Assembly: GCA_036675745.1 (NCBI GenBank)
Contig: JAKFEJ010000002.1
Span: 959 to 64,958 of the forward strand
Direction: 5' to 3'
Length of the DNA: 64,000 bases
Source: Chitinophagaceae bacterium
GTDB lineage: Bacteria; Bacteroidota; Bacteroidia; Chitinophagales; Chitinophagaceae
This document shows, piece after piece, positions 21,492 to 31,148 of this stretch. The position numbers were made by a program, and so were the translations under genes. The notes beneath the pieces are model-generated. The model had not been told where the DNA came from and made no database searches. It saw nothing but the letters and a program-made list of their open reading frames with translations. The number at the start of each line of letters is the position of its first letter. Position 1 is the first letter of the stretch.

Positions 21492-22745
21492 TTATTTTAG
21501 AATAGCTAATCGTTTTTTCGGTTTTAAAAACAAAACCTGTATCATCAATGCAACGAGCACGATACCTGCCAGCATGGCGAAGTCCCTTCCAAGACTCCCT
21601 GCATCCGTTGACCTTCCCAGGAAGTCAGTTACAAAAGCACCTGCAAAAATGCCAGTCATATTCATGATACCATAAGCTGTGGCTCTGTTACGTGAGGGAA
21701 TAAATTGGTAAAGTATGGGCATATTATTGGCATCGAACATGCCAAACCCGATCCCAAAACAACATCCCGCCATTACGATATGAAAAAGAGATTGCCCGAA
21801 TCCGATAAGCAACAATGCGGGTATCATCAGTGACAAACCAATAGCACTGGTATAGATTCTCCCTCTGACATTTTTTTGCAGCCACTTGTCGGATAATATT
21901 CCTCCAAAGATCACACCTACGAATGATGAAGCGGCGATCGTGATGGTTGCTATAGGTCCGGCGGTTGCAATATCCAATGAAAGCTTTTGCGCAAATAATG
22001 TGGGAAGCCAATTTTTCGTGGCCCATCCCGGAAGGCTTGGTACTGCGAAACAAAAAAGAATCAGCCAGAAATAAATATTGGTGAACAGTAACTTAAATCC
22101 TTTTAAAAACGATACCCTTTCATGTTCATCGATAATATCTTCTCTTTCTGCAGCGGGTTCAATTTTTTTGTCTCTTAGAAAAAGTATCAGCACGACTGAA
22201 TAGGTAACCCCGATAAATCCAAAACTATGAAAGGTAGCATGCCAGGAGTAATGAGCGGCAATGGTAGCGCCAAATCCGCCCAATGCCTGCCCAACATATA
22301 ATCCTGTCATATGGATACCCACGGCAAGTGATCTTGTTTTGTTGGGATGAAAGTCGGCAATAAGGGAAAGACCAGCAGGCATATACAATGCTTCACTCAG
22401 ACCCATTATTGCTCTCAACCAGTAGAGTTGATTAAATGTATTGGCATATCCCATAGCGAATGTAACGGCCGACCAAACAAAAAGACTTCCTACGATCAGC
22501 CATTTGCGGTTAACCCTGTCGGCAATGATCCCCGATAATGGATTCATAAATCCATAGACCCAAAGGAAAATGGCCATGAGATAACCAAAGTTAGTGGCTG
22601 ACTGCAGTTCGGCTATGTCCACTTGCATGGAAGTCTTCATAGTTGCCAGCATCTGCCTGTCGAGGTAGTTGAGCAAAGCCACAACCCAAAGCAGCCCTAC
22701 AACGATCCACGGATAATTTTTTGAGTTCTTTATTTGGTGCAGCAT
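21492..22745 (-). CDS. MFS transporter (sugar-acid/ACS-like)
   Basis: LNYLDRQ, GIIADRVNRK, GILSDK; about 12 hydrophobic segments. Confidence 0.9.
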   Translation of the reverse strand: MLHQIKNSKNYPWIVVGLLWVVALLNYLDRQMLATMKTSMQVDIAELQSATNFGYLMAIFLWVYGFMNPLSGIIADRVNRKWLIVGSLFVWSAVTFAMGYANTFNQLYWLRAIMGLSEALYMPAGLSLIADFHPNKTRSLAVGIHMTGLYVGQALGGFGATIAAHYSWHATFHSFGFIGVTYSVVLILFLRDKKIEPAAEREDIIDEHERVSFLKGFKLLFTNIYFWLILFCFAVPSLPGWATKNWLPTLFAQKLSLDIATAGPIATITIAASSFVGVIFGGILSDKWLQKNVRGRIYTSAIGLSLMIPALLLIGFGQSLFHIVMAGCCFGIGFGMFDANNMPILYQFIPSRNRATAYGIMNMTGIFAGAFVTDFLGRSTDAGSLGRDFAMLAGIVLVALMIQVLFLKPKKRLAILK

Positions 22746-22756
22746 TAGACTTTATA

Positions 22757-24493
22757 TTAATAGGCGGGGTCCTGTTCCAATACACCGCGTTGAAGATCGA
22801 TCTGGTTTTGCGGAATCGGCCATTTATCATTCCGGTCGGGGTTATAGATTATTCCCTGCATCAGTGTTCTGAATTGTGACTCTTTTTGTATATACTCATT
22901 AAGAACCTGGTTATCGATTCCCCAGCGGACAAGGTCAAAGAACCTGTTCCCTTCCATGGCTGTTTCCAATCGCAATTCCATTCTCACTGCCTCACGTCCG
23001 TAATCCTGACTCGGGAAAGACGGGTATTCACCCAGCTTGTAATTAGCCGCAGGTTGGGCCATATCGACCACGATGGGTCGGCCGTCGAAAATATAAGTTG
23101 AAACCTTTCCCATCACAAAATCATCTGCTGCGCGCCTGCGTACCCTGTTGATGAGCTGACGTGCTGTTTCGAGGTCATTTTCTTCGATTGCACACTCGGC
23201 TCTCCACAGTAATATATGCGCAAAACGGAGTGCCCGGTAGTTAATTGAATTGGCGCGTGCAAAAGAAGCATGCGAGGCTATAGCCTGGTCCTTCTTATAA
23301 AACATTTGCTTTATTGAATTATAAGGCCCCCCGTATACCTGTGAACGCACCCACTCACTGCCTGTGTGAATACCCCAGTCAAGGTAGGGGATGCCGCGCC
23401 GGCCAACTGTCCAGTCCAGACGTGGATCAACCGGCTCATTACTGGGAATAAACTCATCATTGTAACTCAGCCCCATATCATTTTTAAAATTCCCTTCATT
23501 AAACTTAGGTCCGTTGATCCCCAAAAGCGGCAAACCGTTATTATCTACCTGGAAAGCATTGACAAGATCCTGCGAAGGCTGATACACATTACAGCATGTA
23601 GGTACATACCGGTTAAGTGGATTAGTAACCCAGGAATCCGAATTGCCTGTACGCGGCCTGTCTGTACCATTATTCACCGAAGACTGGATCTCAAATATTG
23701 ATTCGATATTATTTTCAGTGATCGGGGAATAATTATCCCTGAAATTATTGACCAGGTCGAACTTGTTACTGTTAATAATATTATCGAGGAGTACTTTGGC
23801 CGGTGCATATTCTTTCTGGAATAAATGTGCATAGGCCATATAGCCCATTGCCGCCCATTTGGTAACTCTGCCAGGCTCTCCGGGAAATTTTTCAGGAAGA
23901 TGATCAACCCCAAACTGGAAATCTGCTTCTATCTCATCCCACACAAGGTGATCATTTTTAATTTCAGATGGGACAACGTCTTCTGTTATATATGGTATTT
24001 TCCAAAACACCTGTTGCAAGCGGAAATGCCACCATGCCCTGATAAATTTTGCCTGCGCTTCAATAACTGTTGCTGCTGCCGGGTCCATTTGATCCCTTTT
24101 TGTTGCGAGTGATTTTAATACATCATTCGCTCTTGCGATACCATCAAAACTGATGAACCATTTGCCATAGATAAATTGATTGGTCGCTTCAGCTTTGTAA
24201 AGCTCGATCTCCTCTACGGGCTGCGTATCTCCCTGGGTGGTTCCTTTATAGGCATCATCAGATGCACAGTCCCAAACCCAGTTACGTACCGACGCCGCGC
24301 CAGACATAGCCTGGTCTGTTGTTGAACTTCCTCCACTCATCGCCGCATAAGCTCCTGTTAAGATATCTTCAGGATCCAGTAATTCCAGGAATGCCACTCC
24401 TTTGGGTTCCTTGGATAAAAAATCTTTGTTACAGGAGAAGGTGGAAAGCAAAAAGCAGGTGACCAGTGTATAAATTATAATTGACTTTCTCAT
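22757..24493 (-). CDS. RagB/SusD family lipoprotein (PUL3)
   Basis: Lipobox FSC, RFAHILLWRAE, ELRLETAMEGNRFFDLVRWG. Confidence 0.95.
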   Translation of the reverse strand: MRKSIIIYTLVTCFLLSTFSCNKDFLSKEPKGVAFLELLDPEDILTGAYAAMSGGSSTTDQAMSGAASVRNWVWDCASDDAYKGTTQGDTQPVEEIELYKAEATNQFIYGKWFISFDGIARANDVLKSLATKRDQMDPAAATVIEAQAKFIRAWWHFRLQQVFWKIPYITEDVVPSEIKNDHLVWDEIEADFQFGVDHLPEKFPGEPGRVTKWAAMGYMAYAHLFQKEYAPAKVLLDNIINSNKFDLVNNFRDNYSPITENNIESIFEIQSSVNNGTDRPRTGNSDSWVTNPLNRYVPTCCNVYQPSQDLVNAFQVDNNGLPLLGINGPKFNEGNFKNDMGLSYNDEFIPSNEPVDPRLDWTVGRRGIPYLDWGIHTGSEWVRSQVYGGPYNSIKQMFYKKDQAIASHASFARANSINYRALRFAHILLWRAECAIEENDLETARQLINRVRRRAADDFVMGKVSTYIFDGRPIVVDMAQPAANYKLGEYPSFPSQDYGREAVRMELRLETAMEGNRFFDLVRWGIDNQVLNEYIQKESQFRTLMQGIIYNPDRNDKWPIPQNQIDLQRGVLEQDPAY

Positions 24494-24518
24494 TGCTATT
24501 TTTTTAAAAAGTTTTAAT

Positions 24519-27500
24519 CTATAATGTGATATTAAACCCTACGAGGAATCTTTTAGGGGAAGGCCAGATTCCATAATCTATTCCAAAAGTTCTGTCACTT
24601 GTTTGAATCTGCGGATCCAACCCTGTGTATTTTGTAAGGGTAAACAGGTTGGAAGCCATGATGTAAAACCTGGCTTTAGTCACCGATAACTTGTTCAGCA
24701 ACGCCTTCGGCAAATTATATCCCAGCTGCGCTGTTTGAAGCCTGAGAAAGGAACCGTCCTCAATAAAATAAGTAGAAGGCAGCATACTGGTTGCATCATT
24801 CAATTCGGCAATTGGCATTTTTGCATTCTTATTATCTGCCAGGTAGGGACTTCCCCAGGATTCATACAACCTTCTTTTGCTCCTGTTCTTCTGGAAAAAA
24901 TTAAAATCAATTGACCGTCTTAACACATTTGCTATATCGTTACCAACACTTGCAAAGAACATAGCGGAAATATCAAATTGTTTATACTGGGCGCCAAGTG
25001 TAAGTCCTGCGGTGAAATCCGGGTGAGGAGAACCGATATAGGTGCGATCCTTGTCGTTGATTGTGCCATCCCCGTTTACATCCCTAAACTTAAATCTCCC
25101 CGGTGCATTATAGGAACCAAATGGCGCATGTTTGTCCACCTCGGCCTGGGACTGGAAGATACCTAAGACATCGTATCCATAAAATTCAGGAAATGAAGTT
25201 CCGCGTTCCGCCCTCGTATAAATATGTTCCCTGTATGAAGAACCGATGATGGTTTCAGACTCCGCATCTGATAGTCTTACGATCTTATTCTTGTAATGAG
25301 AGAAATTAATACCGATATTATATTTAAGGTCGCCCCCGATTGCGACGCCACGATAAGTTAGTTGCAAATCAATGCCCTTATTGTTCATATCCCCTATATT
25401 CACAGAAGGAACTGTCGCTTGTCCATTTACTGCAGGAACACCTTTTGGATAAAGCATATCCGAGGTTTTTCTTTGCCAGACATCCAATGCAATATCCAGG
25501 TTTTTGAACAAGGTGGCATCAATACCAAAATTGATGGTTGAAGTGGTTTCCCATTTTGCATCGGGGTTACCAAACGCCAGCGATTCAAAACCGGTTACAA
25601 GCCCGGAATTGGAACCGTTAAGCGGGTAACTGGAAAAGGAATGATCCGTCCGGAAAGTAGTAAAGCCATTATAGTTTCCAATCTGGTCATTGCCTGAACG
25701 GCCCCAGCTTGCTCTGAATTTTAAGTAGTTAATAAACTTATCCGTAGACGACATGAAATTTTCATCCGATGCAACCCATCCAAAAGCAACCGCAGGAAAA
25801 TTTCCGTAACGGTTCCTGGCCCCAAACCTTGATGATCCATCCCTTCTGAAAACCGCATCCACAAGATATTTTCCGTCAAAGCCATAATGCAGATGTCCGA
25901 AATAGGAAAAAGTGGACCAGTCACTGGCTGTTCCTGAATTTGTCTGAACTCCCTGACCTGCGTTCAACACCCAATAATTATCATCTGTAACGAGGTACTT
26001 GGTGCGGGTTGCAGAAAACCCGTTATCCTTGTTGCTGATTGCTTCAGTACCTACTAACACTTCAATGTTATGAACGGAATTGATTTTCTTAGTATAAGTT
26101 AGTGTATTGGTAAAGTTCCACAATTTAGACTCGGAAGAGGCCTCAGTCAGTTCATGATCTGCTCTCGCCTGGTAACTGTCAGGATTAGCTTCCAACGGAA
26201 GTTTATCATGATCCTTACTGATAATATATCCAAACAGCGTTTTAAAGGAAATATTTTGCGGAAGATCAATTATAGCGTGAAGGTTACCTGTTACAGATAG
26301 CCTCTCTCTCCTGAAATCCCTTCCACGTTCCAGATCACCAACCGGGTTTATAAAGGGATCAAAACCCGTAAGTCTTGATAAAGGTGCATAGTTACCCCTT
26401 ACATCGTATATAGGCATAATTGCCGTAAGTTGTGGAATCACTCCCATGGCCCCGCTTTCGCCCTGCTCCTGCAAACCTTTATCCGTCACTTGGCTAAGGC
26501 GGATGTTTTGTCCAAGCTTCAGCCATTTTTTGAAACGCGAATTAATATTGGCACTAAGCGTAAAACGTTCAAACCCGGTATGCTTGATGATACCTTCCTC
26601 GTCGAGAAAACCGGCGCTGAATGCGTAGGTAGTGTGTTCGGACCCACCGTTAACCGATACGTTGTATTCTTGTGTAAGACCGGGGTTGAAAATTACTTTA
26701 TGCCAGTCGGTGCCTCCGGGATTTGACTCTGTGATAGGATAGCTGCGTATATTATATAATGACAGATCAACCTGGTCAGCGCCGGCAGGCAACAAATATT
26801 TAGGAACCCGTGGTTCAGGTCCGTTTCCATAAACCGGATGATTGGGAGCTACCCCTGAATTTTTAGACTGCAACCATAACATTTCACCGTACTCTTCTAC
26901 ATTGAGCAGGTCATACCTGCTCGTGTTTTTCGCGACTCCCACCCTGCCACCGAAATTTACCTGGGGTGTCTTTGACCTGGTTCCCTGAACTGTCGTAACA
27001 ACGATAACACCATTCGCTCCGCGTGCACCATAAATCGCCGTGGAAGCCGCATCTTTTAATACAGTTAATGATTGAACATCTGTGGGGTTTATCTCATTAA
27101 ACCCGCTTGTTCTTGGAACACCATCAATAACCCACAATGGATTATTGTTGTTGATAGTACCCAGTCCCCTGATCCTTATTTGTGCATCAGACCCGGGCAG
27201 GCTTGAAGTAGTTACATTCACACCTGGTGCGCTGCCTTGTAATGTTTGCGTCAGGTTACCAACCGGGCTCGATTCAAGTGTTTCCTTTTTAACTGTTGTT
27301 ACACTACCCGTTAAAAGCTTTTTTGTTTGTGTGCGGTACCCCACAACTACTACCTGGTCAAGTTGATTAGTACCCTGCACAAGGGTGATGTCCAATACCG
27401 TTTGTCCCGCTACGGGTATTTCCTGCTTTTCATAGCCAACGGCACTAAACACCAGCAATCCACTTTGAGGCGTTTCTATCGAATAGTATCCTTTTGCATT

Positions 27501-27683
27501 CGTGGATGTACCGGAATTGCTTCCCTGTACTATCACGCTTACTCCCTCGATAGGCTCTCCCGTGATCGATTTCACGACTCCGTTTACGGTAACTCTTACC
27601 TGGGAGAATGTGGTAAGAAGACAAAAAACCAGTCCAACAGTCAGGCAGGTTTTTTTCATCTGTTTAAGGCAAGACATAAGCAT
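24519..27683 (-). CDS. SusC/RagA TonB-dependent transporter (PUL3)
   Basis: LKDAASTAIYGARGANGVIVVTT, RRDGSSRFG, NPDAKWE. Confidence 0.95.
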   Translation of the reverse strand: MLMSCLKQMKKTCLTVGLVFCLLTTFSQVRVTVNGVVKSITGEPIEGVSVIVQGSNSGTSTNAKGYYSIETPQSGLLVFSAVGYEKQEIPVAGQTVLDITLVQGTNQLDQVVVVGYRTQTKKLLTGSVTTVKKETLESSPVGNLTQTLQGSAPGVNVTTSSLPGSDAQIRIRGLGTINNNNPLWVIDGVPRTSGFNEINPTDVQSLTVLKDAASTAIYGARGANGVIVVTTVQGTRSKTPQVNFGGRVGVAKNTSRYDLLNVEEYGEMLWLQSKNSGVAPNHPVYGNGPEPRVPKYLLPAGADQVDLSLYNIRSYPITESNPGGTDWHKVIFNPGLTQEYNVSVNGGSEHTTYAFSAGFLDEEGIIKHTGFERFTLSANINSRFKKWLKLGQNIRLSQVTDKGLQEQGESGAMGVIPQLTAIMPIYDVRGNYAPLSRLTGFDPFINPVGDLERGRDFRRERLSVTGNLHAIIDLPQNISFKTLFGYIISKDHDKLPLEANPDSYQARADHELTEASSESKLWNFTNTLTYTKKINSVHNIEVLVGTEAISNKDNGFSATRTKYLVTDDNYWVLNAGQGVQTNSGTASDWSTFSYFGHLHYGFDGKYLVDAVFRRDGSSRFGARNRYGNFPAVAFGWVASDENFMSSTDKFINYLKFRASWGRSGNDQIGNYNGFTTFRTDHSFSSYPLNGSNSGLVTGFESLAFGNPDAKWETTSTINFGIDATLFKNLDIALDVWQRKTSDMLYPKGVPAVNGQATVPSVNIGDMNNKGIDLQLTYRGVAIGGDLKYNIGINFSHYKNKIVRLSDAESETIIGSSYREHIYTRAERGTSFPEFYGYDVLGIFQSQAEVDKHAPFGSYNAPGRFKFRDVNGDGTINDKDRTYIGSPHPDFTAGLTLGAQYKQFDISAMFFASVGNDIANVLRRSIDFNFFQKNRSKRRLYESWGSPYLADNKNAKMPIAELNDATSMLPSTYFIEDGSFLRLQTAQLGYNLPKALLNKLSVTKARFYIMASNLFTLTKYTGLDPQIQTSDRTFGIDYGIWPSPKRFLVGFNITL

Positions 27684-27706
27684 CGTTTAAGTTTTTGAGT
27701 GATGAT

Positions 27707-28636
27707 TTATGATTTGTTGGGAAGGATATCCAGGATTAATTCGCTTCGATTTGGTATTGAAGACTGAGCCCCCATTCTCGTTACGGATATAGCCGCGGCT
27801 TTGCACGCAAATTGCACTGCTGGCAGCATGTCGCGACCTTCCGCAATAGCAACACATAAAGCACCGTTAAAAACATCCCCAGCCGCAGTAGTGTCCACCG
27901 CTTCGCAACTGACTGCTGGTATTACATGAAACTCTTTTTCATGCAGCAATACGGCACCTTTATTACCTAATGTGATGACGATTGTTTTTACGCCTGCCTG
28001 ATGAAGGATTTCTGCAGCCTGCTGAGCGCTTGCAAAGTCTACCACCTTTATACCAGTTAGCATTTCCGACTCGTAACGATTGGGAGTTAATACATCTATT
28101 AAAGGAAAGAGGTCGGACACAAATGAATTTACAGGTGCAGGATTTACAATGACCTTGATACCCTTTGCTGATGCGTATTCAATAGCATACCGCACAGTGT
28201 CCATGGGTATCTCCAATTGGAGCAGGAAAAGTTTCGGATCCTTGACTTTTAATAAAGCACCTTCCACATCATGTGGTGTAAGGTTGGCATTGGCACCTGA
28301 GGCAACAGCGATTGCGTTTTCTCCAAACTCATCAACCGTGATCAGGGCAACACCGGAGGGAGCAGTGCGATCAGACAATATCCCGGATATGTCTATTCCC
28401 TCATCATCGAAAAGCTGGATGGATTGCTTACCAAACACATCACTACCCACTTTAGTAATGAAAGTTGTATTGCCACCAAGTTTTGCTGCTGAAACCGCCT
28501 GGTTAGCGCCTTTACCGCCAGGATTCATGAAAAAATTTCCGCCAAGAATTGTCTCGCCTGAAACAGGTATATGGCGTGCTTTTACAACCATATCCATATT
28601 GGTACTACCGATAACAACTATCTTCTTTCTATTCAT
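27707..28636 (-). CDS. rbsK: Ribokinase (PfkB family)
   Basis: VIGSTNMD, PGGKGANQAV, QLEIP, NPAP, TPNRYE, DTTAAGDVFNG. Confidence 0.88.
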   Translation of the reverse strand: MNRKKIVVIGSTNMDMVVKARHIPVSGETILGGNFFMNPGGKGANQAVSAAKLGGNTTFITKVGSDVFGKQSIQLFDDEGIDISGILSDRTAPSGVALITVDEFGENAIAVASGANANLTPHDVEGALLKVKDPKLFLLQLEIPMDTVRYAIEYASAKGIKVIVNPAPVNSFVSDLFPLIDVLTPNRYESEMLTGIKVVDFASAQQAAEILHQAGVKTIVITLGNKGAVLLHEKEFHVIPAVSCEAVDTTAAGDVFNGALCVAIAEGRDMLPAVQFACKAAAISVTRMGAQSSIPNRSELILDILPNKS

Positions 28637-28808
28637 ATTGGCTAAGCTTAGATGATAAAATTACCTATCCCAATCATACAATTCTTACCAATTTCCAATA
28701 GATTTAATAACTCTAATTACAAATATTTCACTAATCGAGTTGATTAATTATTTAACTTACAACGACTTACAACATTCATTTCTGTTATATTTCTTAATCC
28801 TGAAGCAG

Positions 28809-30284
28809 ATGGTAAAAAATGACTTGCTGAGATTGGTAAAAACAATGTCCGGTTCTGAAAAACGAACTTTCAAACTTTACAGTGACAAACAGGAAGGAGC
28901 AAGAGTCTATCTGGGCCTGTTTGACTTAATCAATAATGGTAATGCAGATACGATTCGGGAAGAATTTATAAAAAAATATCCTCGTAAAAATTATGAAAAC
29001 ACCTGCAGATATTTAATGAAGATTATTACCGATTCATTAGTAAACACAAGAAAAGAAAACGATAAATGGTTTCAGCAACATCAATGCTTAATGAGGTCAA
29101 AGATTCTGATGGAACGATCTATAACAGACCAGGGTTACAGGGAACTAAAACACGCAAAGCAACTGTCCAGAGAACTCCAGGATAATTTGATCTATTATTT
29201 CACTTGCAACCTCGAAATGAAATTCTGGTCCGATTCAGGATTTGGTGATAAAACTGAAGATGAGATTGTGCAAATGCATATGAATGCCAAAACAGCTTTA
29301 AGGCTGCTCCATAAAATACAAGAACAATCCTCGCTCTTCGATATACTAAAATACAGGGGGCTTCATTCGGGCAAATCTTTCTCAAAAAAAGACAACGAGA
29401 AATTAAACGATCTTTTGATTACTGAATTGAGCCTTGTTACCCGCGACTTCCAGGATAATTTTGAATCAAAGAAACTACACCTGCTTTTTCAATCGTTCTT
29501 TTTTATCAACAGCAGCGACTACAAATCATCGCTCAAATGCTTTTATGACCTGAACAACTTATTCGAACAAAACGAATCTGTTTGGAGTTTCCCTCCCTAC
29601 GACTATCTTGCTACCCTCGAAGGAGTCCTTGATAATCTACGTACCATCAGGTATTATAGCGAGATGGATTACTATATTGACAAACTACAGAAATTGACAG
29701 ACCGTGAGTATCCTGAAAGTTTCCATATAATAGCTTTACAAACAGTCTATACTTATAAACTGACTTCCCTTATCCACCAGCAGAAATTGGCTGAAGCCAG
29801 AGAACTTACTAACTCCATCCCTTCCTGGCTTTTAAAGGATGCTACCGTGTTTGATTATGAAAAGCTGACTGAATTATTGTTCACCATTAGCCTTGTCAGC
29901 TTCTCGGAAAAGAATTACCAAAAAGCACTTCGTCAACTGGGACACATCATTAATATCGGCAAAGTCAATTTCAACCTTTCTGTCTTCAAAGTATCCAGGT
30001 TGATGCAAATCCTGATACATTACGAATTAAATGACTTGAATTACCTCGAATATGAAATCAGGTCCTATAAAAGGATGTTTCGGCAAACCGGTAAAGCCAC
30101 TGCCACCGAAAGAATGGTCCTGAAGGTCATTCAATTCGATCCTCACAAAAAAAGTATTATTAAAAGACAAATACTTTGGAAAAAGATATCGCACCAGGTG
30201 GATTTAATTCTCCAGGATAAATATGAAAAGCAAATATTGAAATACTATGACTTCACAAGGTGGATAAAAATAAAATTAATCTGA
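28809..30284 (+). CDS. Hypothetical alpha-helical cytoplasmic protein, divergent from the PUL3 operon
   Basis: Long ORF with no signal peptide; N-terminus LLRLVKTMSGSEKRTFK. The ATG at 28809 is preferred over the TTG at 28740. Confidence 0.75.
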   Translation: MVKNDLLRLVKTMSGSEKRTFKLYSDKQEGARVYLGLFDLINNGNADTIREEFIKKYPRKNYENTCRYLMKIITDSLVNTRKENDKWFQQHQCLMRSKILMERSITDQGYRELKHAKQLSRELQDNLIYYFTCNLEMKFWSDSGFGDKTEDEIVQMHMNAKTALRLLHKIQEQSSLFDILKYRGLHSGKSFSKKDNEKLNDLLITELSLVTRDFQDNFESKKLHLLFQSFFFINSSDYKSSLKCFYDLNNLFEQNESVWSFPPYDYLATLEGVLDNLRTIRYYSEMDYYIDKLQKLTDREYPESFHIIALQTVYTYKLTSLIHQQKLAEARELTNSIPSWLLKDATVFDYEKLTELLFTISLVSFSEKNYQKALRQLGHIINIGKVNFNLSVFKVSRLMQILIHYELNDLNYLEYEIRSYKRMFRQTGKATATERMVLKVIQFDPHKKSIIKRQILWKKISHQVDLILQDKYEKQILKYYDFTRWIKIKLI

Positions 30285-30539
30285 TCCCGTTATTCCTGTT
30301 CTCACATTGCCTGTTGCTTATCGACAGGGAAATATTACAGGTATATTATCTCTGTGACGAAAATTGTCATAAGTGTCAACACCATTTTGATTCTGGAAAA
30401 CAAAAAAAAATATCGAAAGTTGATCGTTGCAACGCCCTGCCGATTTAATTTCATAAGTTTTGTTATAGCGAAAATTTTGTGCGGAAGATTGCCCACGCCG
30501 ACTGGATTTGATTCACTCGTCTTTACAAAGTCGTATGCC

Positions 30540-30692
30540 TTATTCAAAATAATCAGAATCCTTCGAAAACGTATCACTCATTTTAGTAAGTGCCCAAAAC
30601 GCAAGCCCAATACTGATACCGCCAACAAGGATCGCTGCATAGATGATCGACCCATTGAACCAACCTTGAAAACATTGGAACAAAAAAGTTAG
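30540..30692 (-). pseudogene. C-terminal remnant of an MFS transporter
   Basis: Reads LTFLFQCFQGWFNGSIIYAAILVGGISIGLAFWALTKMSDTFSKDSDYFE*, i.e. a last TM helix plus a (E/D)TFxKDxDY-type tail. An in-frame stop lies just upstream. Confidence 0.55.
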
Positions 30693-30787
30693 CTACATAA
30701 CACGACATGGGCAAAGTTTTATGATCGTTATTGAGTGGTTATTATTGGTTCTTTACGCCTCTTTGCCATCCTAAAATTAATTCTAAT

Positions 30788-31072
30788 TTATTTGGTTGAG
30801 ACATACAAATCAGGGAGGCGGCAGCTGTCAAAACATACCCTGTTGCCATTACCCCCATACGATTTCTTCCTTTTTTGTGACGGTTGCGCCAGGGTAATTT
30901 CTATAAACCCGCTGCTGGCTTTTGTGTTGTTTAATTTTTTAAGCCAGTAATAATAAGTGGCCTGCCTGATACTCTGCTGCCAGCAATACTCGCCAACCGT
31001 CAGCCCGCTAATGTTGCAATCGTTGATTTACCGGCGCATCTGCTCTGCCCTTGTTATCGTTTTGTTTTCCAT
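30788..31072 (-). pseudogene. IS66-family accessory protein TnpA remnant
   Basis: MENKTITRAEQMRR*INDCNISGLTVGEYCWQQSIRQATYYYWLKKL...GFIEI, with an internal TAA at 31030-31028. No tnpB/tnpC follows. Confidence 0.7.
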
Positions 31073-31148
31073 CGGACAAAACTTGGTAGTTTATCAAGTT
31101 TTTAAAAGATGGGATTGGCAGAGGGGATACGTAATAACAACGATTCAA

